Positions 1-8,904 of a stretch of DNA of 64,000 bases are shown piece by piece. Source of the DNA: a virus. The notes under the pieces were generated by a model. It was not told the origin of the DNA. It was given only the letters and a program-made list of their open reading frames with translations, and made no database searches. Position numbers and translations under genes: made by a program. Location: the IMG/VR virus record IMGVR_UViG_3300020463_002275, positions 32,001-96,000 of that record. One strand, 5' to 3'. Position 1 is the first letter of the stretch; every line of letters starts with the position of its first letter.

Positions 1-1
1 A

Positions 2-142
2 ACTGACATTGTTATAGCAGACCAATTGACTGGTGTTCACCGTAGAGACCATGGTGTTCCAGATAGCGTAGAAAGGGAATTGTTAAGAGCAACGTTTTGG
101 TATAAAACACAAGACAGAATTCACTATGACTATTCATTATAA
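2..142 (+). CDS. C-terminal fragment of a TauD/TfdA-like Fe(II)/2OG dioxygenase (5'-truncated by window edge; not in ORF track)
   Basis: Frame 2 is open from the window start to TAA at 140-142 and reads TDIVIADQLTGVHRRDHGVPDSVERELLRATFW. This matches the TauD C-terminal pattern D-x-x-I-x-D...H-R-R...R-x-L-x-R and the paralog at 6049-6843 (GDLFITESLFTQHRR...RLLYR). Confidence 0.6.
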   Translation, partial: TDIVIADQLTGVHRRDHGVPDSVERELLRATFWYKTQDRIHYDYSL

Positions 143-917
143 TAATATATTACATAACCAAAGCCTTGCAGTAAGAACAAATGTTTTACAGGAAGTTAAA
201 AAAGTTATAGAAAAAGTTGAACCAGACTTTGATAGTGTAGAAAAATATAAAACAAATATTATTGAATGGTTAAAACCTATAGTAGATTTGAAAGATTTTT
301 ATGTTTATCCGATGAATGGAATAACTGAAGGTTTGAATTGGTGGTATTATCAAGATAATCGTAGTGTCTATATGGACGAAGGAGACTATCAATGGATACA
401 CTCTCGAGGAAACATGTATGATAACTGTATTAAATATGTAAGTGTACCAAGTGCAATAAATGGAAATTTTACAAACATTCCTGAAAACACACCTACAGCA
501 GTTGACTTAGCATACGTTGGTAGTACTAAAGTAAAAAAAATAAACTTGCCAAAAAATGTTGAATATGTATTTTACAGTTTTTCTAAACCATTTGGTATTA
601 GAAATATTAGAACTGGTTGGATATTTACAAAACAAAAAGATTCTAAATTAGATGCATTAATACATAGTGCAAAGTATTATAACTATTTTGCAAATAGTGT
701 TAGCGAAGCAATAATCAAAAATTTTGATGTTGACTTTATATACAATTCGTTGTATAATAAACAAAAGACTATTTGTGAAGAATTAGATATTGTTCCTAGT
801 GATAGTGTTTGGCTTGCTACAAGCACTAGAGAAGAGTATCAAAAATTTAGACGTAGCGGAGATATAGCAAGACTCTGCCTAGCAGGAATATATAATGAAC
901 AAGAAACACTTACCTAG
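126..917 (+). CDS. Short PLP-dependent fold-type-I enzyme (aminotransferase/decarboxylase-like)
   Basis: G-I-T-E-G phosphate-binding segment, VDLAY (pyridine-binding Asp), SFSKPFG (Schiff-base Lys), IRTGW and C-terminal RLCL; paralogous to 7406-8269 and 12521-13444. Confidence 0.75.
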   Translation: MTIHYNNILHNQSLAVRTNVLQEVKKVIEKVEPDFDSVEKYKTNIIEWLKPIVDLKDFYVYPMNGITEGLNWWYYQDNRSVYMDEGDYQWIHSRGNMYDNCIKYVSVPSAINGNFTNIPENTPTAVDLAYVGSTKVKKINLPKNVEYVFYSFSKPFGIRNIRTGWIFTKQKDSKLDALIHSAKYYNYFANSVSEAIIKNFDVDFIYNSLYNKQKTICEELDIVPSDSVWLATSTREEYQKFRRSGDIARLCLAGIYNEQETLT

Positions 918-1506
918 TATACATAACTACAATTTAGATATTGACTTAAAACAATTACAAGATGCTTGTAATAAACTGGCAGAAAAGTTTGTTGATGTAA
1001 AAACAGCAAACCCAATGTTGTGTGATAATCATATGGAGTTAGTTGCTCATGTTTATGATAACTTTGAACAAATTAATTTAACTACACCTAGCGAAATATT
1101 ACCTTATACTACAAGTATTAAAGAAAGACTAAGACGAAAAGAAGAACATTTATATAACGTGCCTACAGAAGATTATACAGGCAGTTATTTTGAAAAAATA
1201 ATTACACAATTAAAAGCACCAGCAAGTAGAATTAGAATTACTAAACTTGCTCCAGGAAAAAATATTCCGTTTCATGTTGACTATGATGTGAGTTATGCTG
1301 TCAGATGTATTGTACCTATTTACGGAGACAAGCAAGTAATAAATTTATTTAAACGTGAAGGCAAACTAGAAGCATATAGTCTAGAGAACGGTAATGCTTA
1401 TTTCCTTAATATTGGATATCCACATGCCGTTGTTAACATGAGTAGCAAACCTCGTATTGCTCTTATGTTTAGTCTTAATGGTACAGAGGATATTCAACAT
1501 TTATGA
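895..1506 (+). CDS. Fe(II)/2OG dioxygenase, aspartyl/asparaginyl beta-hydroxylase-like
   Basis: RIRITKLAPG...FHVD (HxD), YPHAVVN (distal His), RIALMF (2OG-binding Arg). Confidence 0.8.
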   Translation: MNKKHLPSIHNYNLDIDLKQLQDACNKLAEKFVDVKTANPMLCDNHMELVAHVYDNFEQINLTTPSEILPYTTSIKERLRRKEEHLYNVPTEDYTGSYFEKIITQLKAPASRIRITKLAPGKNIPFHVDYDVSYAVRCIVPIYGDKQVINLFKREGKLEAYSLENGNAYFLNIGYPHAVVNMSSKPRIALMFSLNGTEDIQHL

Positions 1507-1964
1507 TTACATGGTACTTAGAACCAATACAATCTCATATAGATAAAATTAAAGAATTGTTTGCTAAAAACGTAGATCATAAATTAGCAAGTAATTATTT
1601 AGAAATGCCTCTTTTTGAACATACAAAATTTGCTAGAATGGGATACGATAATGATAAAATGATTTATTATAGTGCAGGTATGGAACGTCCTCAGTATAAT
1701 GGATCTGTTAGAATAATGAGTAGGCACACAAGAGATAGAGAATACGATTTTGGATCTAAGAGCGATGATTTAGCAAGAGGTTTAGAAACATTAGAACAAA
1801 GTGTAGCATATGCCCAGTCATTAGGTTACAAAGACATATGGCTTAGTAGAGAATTTAATCCAAAACTGTTTGAATACTTTGCAAAGCAAAGCAAATACGA
1901 TTGGACTGTAACACACGAATTAATGCATTATGGCGAATACCAATATATAATGAGACTACAATGA
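1503..1964 (+). CDS. Putative GNAT-fold acyltransferase-like protein
   Basis: 153 aa; the segment ARGLETLEQSVAYAQSLGYKDIWLS resembles the GNAT helix-strand end (A...G...i.L). ATGA overlaps with both neighbours. The fold call is weak. Confidence 0.4.
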   Translation: MITWYLEPIQSHIDKIKELFAKNVDHKLASNYLEMPLFEHTKFARMGYDNDKMIYYSAGMERPQYNGSVRIMSRHTRDREYDFGSKSDDLARGLETLEQSVAYAQSLGYKDIWLSREFNPKLFEYFAKQSKYDWTVTHELMHYGEYQYIMRLQ

Positions 1965-2692
1965 CTGTAACAACTTGTAAAACTTCATTTTTTTCTATTG
2001 ATGATATTGGTGTTATAGTTAAAACAAATAATCAAAGCATTAAAAAACAACCTTGCGTTTGGCTGATACACGGCAGTGGCGGAATCAGTAGTAATGAAGA
2101 TTTATGGATTGAACGTGCATTTGAATTAGGTCATACAGTTATTATTGTTGACAGTTATAGCAATAGAGGCATATACAAACAAAATTGGGAAAGTATGGAA
2201 GAATTTAGAATTGACCCAAAACAACGTGCTAAGGATCAAATAAAAGCATACGAATACCTTTTAAATAAACAAAACATTATACCTTTTGCAGATATAACTA
2301 ATAGTAAAGTAGTAGGGTTTTCAGACGGTGGTACAGCAGGAATATGGCTACAACAAAATGATTATCCTGACTATTGGAAGGAAAGTTATTGCTTATATCC
2401 AGGATTGAAGCCAACAGTATTACCCCGAGAAATATATCAAATACGTAGTAATAAGGTGCATATATTTGTAGGAGAATTAGATAATTGGACCCCGGCTTTT
2501 TATGATTTAGATTATCAAAAAGCAACTAATTGTAAACTTACTATATGGCCAGAAACACATCATAGTTTTAGTAAACCGGGTATAGGAACATGGCATGAAA
2601 ATACACTTAATTACAAAAGAGAACGTGGAGTTTACTGTAAATACAGTGCAGAAGCAACACAACAGACAATGGAAATAGTTTTTAATGGATAA
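1961..2692 (+). CDS. Dienelactone hydrolase-family alpha/beta hydrolase
   Basis: HGSGG oxyanion motif, GFSDGG nucleophile elbow (GxSxG), GELDNWTP (acid), HHSF (His). Start moved from 1901 to ATG 1961, which overlaps the upstream stop (ATGA). Confidence 0.75.
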   Translation: MTVTTCKTSFFSIDDIGVIVKTNNQSIKKQPCVWLIHGSGGISSNEDLWIERAFELGHTVIIVDSYSNRGIYKQNWESMEEFRIDPKQRAKDQIKAYEYLLNKQNIIPFADITNSKVVGFSDGGTAGIWLQQNDYPDYWKESYCLYPGLKPTVLPREIYQIRSNKVHIFVGELDNWTPAFYDLDYQKATNCKLTIWPETHHSFSKPGIGTWHENTLNYKRERGVYCKYSAEATQQTMEIVFNG

Positions 2693-3221
2693 TAAAGTTT
2701 GTTTTACATTTGAGTTTGAATATGATATGAAAGCATTAGCAGACATAGTGTATAATATTGACAAATGGGATAGTTATATTCCACCAAAGTGGGATGAAAC
2801 AAAATACACTATTAATAATTTTACTGGTGTAACATATAGGTATTATGAAGATTTACAAAACAAAGAACCTATAAAAACAATAAGAGAAAAATTAAATTTT
2901 CCATATTTGGATTATAAGACAACTCAACTACTAAAGTTTCCTCCGCATAATGGACCTACTATTCATAGAGATACGGAACGACATACTGCTATACTTTTTC
3001 CGATATATACTAATGAAGTATACGAACCTATAAAATTTTATCATGATGATACATCAGAATGGTTTGAAGTAGACTATCATGATAAGGTAATTGTATTTGA
3101 TGCAAAAGTGTTACATGCAGTTGCAAATAAAGAGTATAATAGATTTAGTTTACAGTTTGATTTTAAAGAAACGTATAAAGAAGTATATGAAAAATATTGT
3201 AACGGAGAATTTTTTGCTTAA
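2685..3221 (+). CDS. Fe(II)/2OG dioxygenase
   Basis: TIHRD (HxD), VLHAVAN (His), RFSLQF (Arg). Confidence 0.75.
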   Translation: MDNKVCFTFEFEYDMKALADIVYNIDKWDSYIPPKWDETKYTINNFTGVTYRYYEDLQNKEPIKTIREKLNFPYLDYKTTQLLKFPPHNGPTIHRDTERHTAILFPIYTNEVYEPIKFYHDDTSEWFEVDYHDKVIVFDAKVLHAVANKEYNRFSLQFDFKETYKEVYEKYCNGEFFA

Positions 3222-5397
3222 CGTTTTCGGAGTACAATTGAATGCACACTATACTGTGACACTTCCTGTTAGTTTAGGAACATTGTGGTCGTATCTTTAT
3301 ACAGTAAAAGATGTATACAAACATTTGAATCATACAGGCTGGGCAACTTATCATAAGCCTGAAACTAGTGTAATGGAACTGTTTCCAGAAGTTGATAAAA
3401 ACGGTGCACCTGATGTAGTGCTTGTTAGTTTATACATGTGGAATAGAAACAGATCCATAAAACTTACAAAAGCAATTAAAGAAAAATATCCTGATGTAAA
3501 AATTATTGTCGGAGGAAATGAAGTTCCTCAAGATCCTGAAAGATTTAAACAGTTTGTTGCTGATAATCCTCAGTTTGATTACTATGTTAACAGTGAAGGC
3601 GAAATGGCATTAGAAATGATGTTGCGAAAAATACTTGCTGAAAAAGGTATTTACAAGTCAAAATATTATGAAGATTGTTATCACCAAACAAAAAATGGCA
3701 AAATTATTAGTAAGCAAACAACTAGACGTTACTTAAATCATAAAGCAGAATTAGATTATCCTAGTGCATGTGCATTAGGACTATATGATGACTTAGTTGC
3801 AAAATTGCCTAAAGATATACAAATACAAGGTGTATTAGAAACTAATAGAGGATGTCCTTACACTTGTACATTCTGTGATTGGGGATTAGAAGAAAAACTA
3901 AGACGTTTTAGCATGAAGCGTATCAAGGACGAAATTGATTGGTATGTAGGCAACGTACACGAAATAATGTTTTCTGATGCTAACTTTGGCATTTTGCATA
4001 GAGATCTAGATATTGCAAAATATTTAATCAAGGCAAAATTACAACATCCTAATCCTAAATTACATACAACAGCAATTACGTATGCAAAAAATAACAAAGA
4101 AAGAGTTTTACGTATTGCAGAGATATTAGAGAAATTTGACTTTAGTAGAAGTGGTGCAACTTTTAGTTTGCAAAGTTTACATACTCCTACACTTGAAGCA
4201 ATCAAAAGAGATAACTTGAGTATTACAAAAGATTTTGAATGGATTGCACAAAACTTTATTAAAAAAGGCTTACCTTACTATCATGAAATGATTATGGGAA
4301 TGCCGTTAGAAACAAAAGAAAGTTTTCTAAACGGTATGAGTAAGTTGTTAAAATATAATCCATTAGAAATAAATGTATACAAATTAGCATGGTTGGAAAA
4401 CAGTGAAATAAGTTTAGAAAAACATGAAGATATTTACAAGTTAGAATGGGACGAGTTTGAACAAGGACCTAGTCCGTTTGAAGATGAAAAAGAATATGCA
4501 TATATCATTGGAAGTACGAGTACGATTACACGAAAAGATATGAGATATATTAGAGACATACGTGATTTGATACAAGTGTTATGGTTAGGAAGAACAATAT
4601 TCTATGTAGGAAGATATCTACAAAACGAATATGACATTGAAGCATGTGATATGATTGAAAAAATTGTTGACTGGTTTCAAACAAAAGGCGATAAAGAATT
4701 TTTTGATACATTGTTAGCAAGTAAAGAAGATGCAGTGCGTGATAAAAAAAGAGATGTACCTCTTTGGTTTCCTTACCAAAAAGATAAATTAAAATTCCAT
4801 AGGTATTCTAATGCTTGGTTATTTTTACACGGCACAAAAGAAAGAAAAAATCATTTCTATGAACAAATTACACAGTTTTTCTTAGACACTTACAAGCAAG
4901 TAGACAAAGACTTATTATTAGATCTTATACACTTCAATAAAAATATACTTATTGATGGAGAACAAACTGAATTCAATACAAACTTTACAACAAAGTATAG
5001 TTGGATTGATTATTTTACGAAAGGCCAACTTATGAAATCTAAGACAACATATGATGCTAAAATAGAAGTTGCTGGAAATACAAAAGTTTCTAAAGATGCT
5101 GTTGATCGAAATGTTTTCTTATATTATATTTCAGGCGGACATGAATTCATGTTTAACAAACAAAATGCATTTTATTATCCAGATGGAACATACACAAACG
5201 AACAAGGCATACATCATTACATAAGTAGAATAGGAATGTTTTATCCTAAAGATACTTACTTTGAAAGTGCTGAAGATATTATTGATAGTATATTAAACGA
5301 AGAAGATATTGATATTAAAGAATATATTACTAGTGCAAGACTTAAAATATCAAAAAATATTAACGAAGAATTAAATCCTTTTAAAGTTTCTGCTTAA
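3187..5397 (+). CDS. Cobalamin-binding-domain radical SAM enzyme (class B methyltransferase-like), about 736 aa
   Basis: N-terminal B12-binding Rossmann signature (PDVVLVSLYMWN...KYPDVKIIVGGNEV), ETNRGCPYTCTFCDW (CxxxCxxC), DANFG, GMPLET, long C-terminal extension. Start set to ATG 3187 (MKNIV) rather than 3091 to shorten the overlap. Confidence 0.85.
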   Translation: MKNIVTENFLLNVFGVQLNAHYTVTLPVSLGTLWSYLYTVKDVYKHLNHTGWATYHKPETSVMELFPEVDKNGAPDVVLVSLYMWNRNRSIKLTKAIKEKYPDVKIIVGGNEVPQDPERFKQFVADNPQFDYYVNSEGEMALEMMLRKILAEKGIYKSKYYEDCYHQTKNGKIISKQTTRRYLNHKAELDYPSACALGLYDDLVAKLPKDIQIQGVLETNRGCPYTCTFCDWGLEEKLRRFSMKRIKDEIDWYVGNVHEIMFSDANFGILHRDLDIAKYLIKAKLQHPNPKLHTTAITYAKNNKERVLRIAEILEKFDFSRSGATFSLQSLHTPTLEAIKRDNLSITKDFEWIAQNFIKKGLPYYHEMIMGMPLETKESFLNGMSKLLKYNPLEINVYKLAWLENSEISLEKHEDIYKLEWDEFEQGPSPFEDEKEYAYIIGSTSTITRKDMRYIRDIRDLIQVLWLGRTIFYVGRYLQNEYDIEACDMIEKIVDWFQTKGDKEFFDTLLASKEDAVRDKKRDVPLWFPYQKDKLKFHRYSNAWLFLHGTKERKNHFYEQITQFFLDTYKQVDKDLLLDLIHFNKNILIDGEQTEFNTNFTTKYSWIDYFTKGQLMKSKTTYDAKIEVAGNTKVSKDAVDRNVFLYYISGGHEFMFNKQNAFYYPDGTYTNEQGIHHYISRIGMFYPKDTYFESAEDIIDSILNEEDIDIKEYITSARLKISKNINEELNPFKVSA

Positions 5398-6061
5398 ACT
5401 CAGTTACACCTAAACCTATTTTATTTTCATTGTCAAATCTTGGATCATTCCATTCTTTTTTAATTTCTTTTGGAAACGGTAAACTAGTATATTCTAAACT
5501 TTCAATATTTTTATAATATTCTTTGTTAGGTTTCCAAGGAGACCCTATACAAACAGTTAATTTTATATCATTACCTGTATTAGTCATACCATGTGGGTGT
5601 GAGCCGTTTATAACATATGCATCAGTTTGTGGTTCGTAATAATGCTTATTGCTATTTCCATCAAAGAAATACAGTGTGCTTTCTTTTTTGCCTTTGACCA
5701 CCCATCTAAATTTATGTTGCATTCCGCCAACTTCTTCTGGCGCACTATCAACATGATCATTTAACATTTCGCCAGGCTTAGTTTTGATAACTGTGACATT
5801 TCCTACTCCACCAATATAAGGAAAAACGTAATCACGCAAAGCAACAACTGATGCTGATTCTTTTGGTAAATTAGGATTAAAACTGTATTGTTCAAACCAG
5901 CCAACGTCCGGCCTAGCATTATATAAACTACACATCCATGCACCATGAAATTTAATCCAGTACCAATCATTTTCTGGTAAAGATAATATTTCTTGTGCAA
6001 CTTGTTCTTTGTTAGGAATATCAAGATTTACAAGATCCATGTATGTAATTATTCTGTCCAT
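5381..6061 (-). CDS. Fe(II)/2OG dioxygenase (AspH-like)
   Basis: KTKPGEMLNDHVD (HxD), HPHGMTN (His). Confidence 0.7.
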   Translation of the reverse strand: MDRIITYMDLVNLDIPNKEQVAQEILSLPENDWYWIKFHGAWMCSLYNARPDVGWFEQYSFNPNLPKESASVVALRDYVFPYIGGVGNVTVIKTKPGEMLNDHVDSAPEEVGGMQHKFRWVVKGKKESTLYFFDGNSNKHYYEPQTDAYVINGSHPHGMTNTGNDIKLTVCIGSPWKPNKEYYKNIESLEYTSLPFPKEIKKEWNDPRFDNENKIGLGVTEFKQKL

Positions 6062-6843
6062 GCATACTCCTTACCACAATTAACTCTATACAATAACCTA
6101 TTAGGATTATCTGTAGGCGGGCGTCTGTGTTGTGTAAACAAACTTTCTGTTATAAACAAATCACCAATGTCCCATTTGTGTTCGTAAATTTTTGCTTCCT
6201 GAAATTTTGTTTGTAGTAACTCGAAATAGTAATTATTATCAGATGTTCCTCTAAGTTCTGTACAAAATAAATGTGGAAAAAATAAACCTTCATTTCCATA
6301 AGGATCTTTAATAACAATTTTTTTCCAATTAGTATGAGGTTTTATTAAGTCTTCTAAATCATTTTGAAATACATCATGATTGAAATAAAAATTTCCTTCT
6401 GCTTGTCTTAGTTCATCTTTAGCAGTTTTGCTTAGGTTATTGAAAATCATATTATTACTTAGATACTGTTGTGTGCCATTATCTAAATTTTCTATACCTT
6501 GAAACATGATAAACGGAGCAAGAGTTTTTGTAACACAATTATCACTATGCCAACCTATTTCAGCAGATTTACCCATACGTCCTTTAGGTGAACCATCTTC
6601 ATATTTTTGTCCTGTAATTTGTCCTACATACTTACACTCTGGATGGTCAACTGGACTTGCATCTGTAACATTGCCAAGTTTGTGTGCTATCTCATTTATT
6701 ACAGACCAATGTGTATCTAATTTTTTCAAAACAACAAATCCGTTTTGCCACACTAATTGTTCTAAATCAATCCAAGGATTATCTACATTATAGTTTTCTA
6801 TTTGTAGGCCAAAAGGTTTTAGTTGTGTTAATGTGCCAGTCAT
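6049..6843 (-). CDS. TauD/TfdA-family Fe(II)/2OG dioxygenase
   Basis: NGFVVLK, GWHSD (HxD), HKWDIGDLFI...TQHRR, RLLYR. Confidence 0.8.
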   Translation of the reverse strand: MTGTLTQLKPFGLQIENYNVDNPWIDLEQLVWQNGFVVLKKLDTHWSVINEIAHKLGNVTDASPVDHPECKYVGQITGQKYEDGSPKGRMGKSAEIGWHSDNCVTKTLAPFIMFQGIENLDNGTQQYLSNNMIFNNLSKTAKDELRQAEGNFYFNHDVFQNDLEDLIKPHTNWKKIVIKDPYGNEGLFFPHLFCTELRGTSDNNYYFELLQTKFQEAKIYEHKWDIGDLFITESLFTQHRRPPTDNPNRLLYRVNCGKEYAWTE

Positions 6844-7403
6844 TGTTTATTCTCTACAGTTGTTACAAGGTGTATTCGTTTTTCAAAACTACCGTTGAAC
6901 GCAGTATGTGGCTGTGTTGTGTCTACCCAATACAAAGTTCCTTGTGGCATATGAACAGTTTTATTATCCCATACCATCATACAACGGTCATTTGTAATAA
7001 TTGGTATATGTAATCTATATGTGCTATCTTGGTGCCATGTTAAACAGGTTTTAGGCTCCATAAGTAATAACCTTGTCCTACCTATGTTAAATTTATTTTG
7101 CAAGTCTTGAAGCAACTCATAAAGATAAGTTCCTTTTAGATCAGGAACAATATTAACAAAGTCCTTTTCTTTAACTTTATCTTTACGCGGTGGAGGATTT
7201 CCCTCTCCATCCCAATTTTCGTAATCCCAATCTAAACTACCTACAGCATCTAAGTATTTGTTTTTTGATTTTTCATTTGCATATGTCAAACCTAATTGTG
7301 TTTTAAATGTATCAGAAAATAAATCCTTATTTTCAAAAAGTAAAACCGTTTCAGTTTTAAGACGTTCTATGTCTATGTTGTAATTTATAATTTGTTTATA
7401 CAT
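6840..7403 (-). CDS. Fe(II)/2OG dioxygenase, AspH-like
   Basis: RTRLLLMEPKTCLTWHQD (HxD), RLHIPIITN, QPHTAFN, RIHLV. Confidence 0.8.
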   Translation of the reverse strand: MYKQIINYNIDIERLKTETVLLFENKDLFSDTFKTQLGLTYANEKSKNKYLDAVGSLDWDYENWDGEGNPPPRKDKVKEKDFVNIVPDLKGTYLYELLQDLQNKFNIGRTRLLLMEPKTCLTWHQDSTYRLHIPIITNDRCMMVWDNKTVHMPQGTLYWVDTTQPHTAFNGSFEKRIHLVTTVENKQ

Positions 7404-7405
7404 TT

Positions 7406-8269
7406 TTACTCCGATAATATTTTAGAAATACATATCCTATTACATAATCCATCACGACTAAATTCTTTCCAATTATCATTTTTACTTAAACCAAATAATA
7501 AAGTATTACTTGTATCAATTCCAAAGAAAGTACATACTTCTTTTGATTGTTGTATATACTTATTATAAATGAAAGACAAGTTAAATTTATTCATTAATTT
7601 GATATGCAAATTCATACTAAAGTGATTTAAATAATACCAATCGTTTAATTGTTTGACTGGTGTTTGTATTTCTTCTTTATCAAATTTCATACCTATTTTA
7701 TTCATACCTGTAGCAAAAACTTTACTAAGACTTGTTGCTACACTTTTGATACAAGGTTCGTTAATATTTACATCACCGATATTGCTAATATTAAGATATG
7801 CACAATCTAATAATACATCTACTTTGTTATTATTACAATGTTCTATAATGCTGTAATAATCTTCATGTATATTGCCTGTAGCACTAAATGGTGTACTTAA
7901 TATCAAAGTTTGCCCTTTTTTTATGTCCGAAAAGTGTTCTAATACAGTACAACCATTACGTGCATGGAATGGATATTCTCCTTTTAACACTACTAAATTT
8001 GCTATTGTATAGTATGCATACCAGTCCATAAAAGCACCTGTTACACCGTCTATAACGCCCGTACAAGCGAATTTATCCAGTCCTAGTACATTTGAGTGCT
8101 TATACTCATTTAATTGGTTTTTATATAAATTTTTAAATAAATCTATGTCAGCAAACGTCATAATTGTAGTTGGTTCGTTCCAGCAATCAGCCGAGACTTC
8201 ACGAACATAATCATAAACTTCTTTATCAAATATAGGTCTTGCACCAGTCTGTAAATGTGTTTTATCCAC
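7406..8269 (-). CDS. Short PLP-dependent fold-type-I enzyme, about 287 aa
   Basis: GVTGAF, LLDCAY, SLSKVFATG..KIG, C-terminal RICIS. Start placed at GTG 8269, which overlaps the upstream stop, instead of 8365. Confidence 0.75.
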   Translation of the reverse strand: MDKTHLQTGARPIFDKEVYDYVREVSADCWNEPTTIMTFADIDLFKNLYKNQLNEYKHSNVLGLDKFACTGVIDGVTGAFMDWYAYYTIANLVVLKGEYPFHARNGCTVLEHFSDIKKGQTLILSTPFSATGNIHEDYYSIIEHCNNNKVDVLLDCAYLNISNIGDVNINEPCIKSVATSLSKVFATGMNKIGMKFDKEEIQTPVKQLNDWYYLNHFSMNLHIKLMNKFNLSFIYNKYIQQSKEVCTFFGIDTSNTLLFGLSKNDNWKEFSRDGLCNRICISKILSE

Positions 8270-8903
8270 TCTGATCAAACCCCCATTTGCGTTCTTCACA
8301 CCACCAACACTTACCACAATGTTCCATGCCCGGATCTGGAGTGTCAAATTCTTTAATCCATTCACAACTTCTTGTTAAGGGAAATAAGTTTTCTAAAAGA
8401 TTATATTTCTTATATATTTTACATAGATATTTTTTATCAATATTAGTCCACGGAGTAAACCCAATTCCGTCTTTTGTATTTCTTACTATATTAGGATCTC
8501 GTTCATGAGTTTCTGTTGTTGCTTGACTAAAAGTATCAGTTACAGACTTAGGTGGGTCTTTGGTTATACCTGTGTATACATGAGTGATAGTTTTATTGTT
8601 ATAATACTGTTTTGGTGTATTAAATAACTTTTCGTCTGTTTGTGTAGTTGCATATGAAATGTGGTGTAAAAAGTTGTAGTTGTTTGTAAGTTCTGCACAC
8701 TTACTTACTACGTTTACTGATGCTAATGCATTACATATATTCTTACTTTGATTTGCTAACGTAAAAATGTGAAGTTTATGGTTCGAATATTTTAATAAAA
8801 AATATAATAGTAATGCACTATCTGCTCCACCACTTACTGTAATACCCAAAGTTGAATCTGGTATTTCTAACTCTAAGTTATCAATAACATTTATAGTAGC
8901 CAT
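8262..8903 (-). CDS. QueC-like PP-loop ATPase (adenine nucleotide alpha-hydrolase superfamily)
   Basis: VSGGADS PP-loop; C-terminal TRSCE...HCGKCWWCEER resembles the QueC Zn-binding Cys cluster. The QueC-specific VPxRN and YPDCR motifs were not seen. Confidence 0.75.
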   Translation of the reverse strand: MATINVIDNLELEIPDSTLGITVSGGADSALLLYFLLKYSNHKLHIFTLANQSKNICNALASVNVVSKCAELTNNYNFLHHISYATTQTDEKLFNTPKQYYNNKTITHVYTGITKDPPKSVTDTFSQATTETHERDPNIVRNTKDGIGFTPWTNIDKKYLCKIYKKYNLLENLFPLTRSCEWIKEFDTPDPGMEHCGKCWWCEERKWGFDQSG

Positions 8904-8904
8904 A

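Noticed and set aside
3091-3186. ORF-track starts at 3091, 1901, 8365, 13498, 25983, 34228, 53253 and 54286
   Set aside because: They create long overlaps with upstream genes; internal starts with coupled stop/start overlaps or an RBS fit better.
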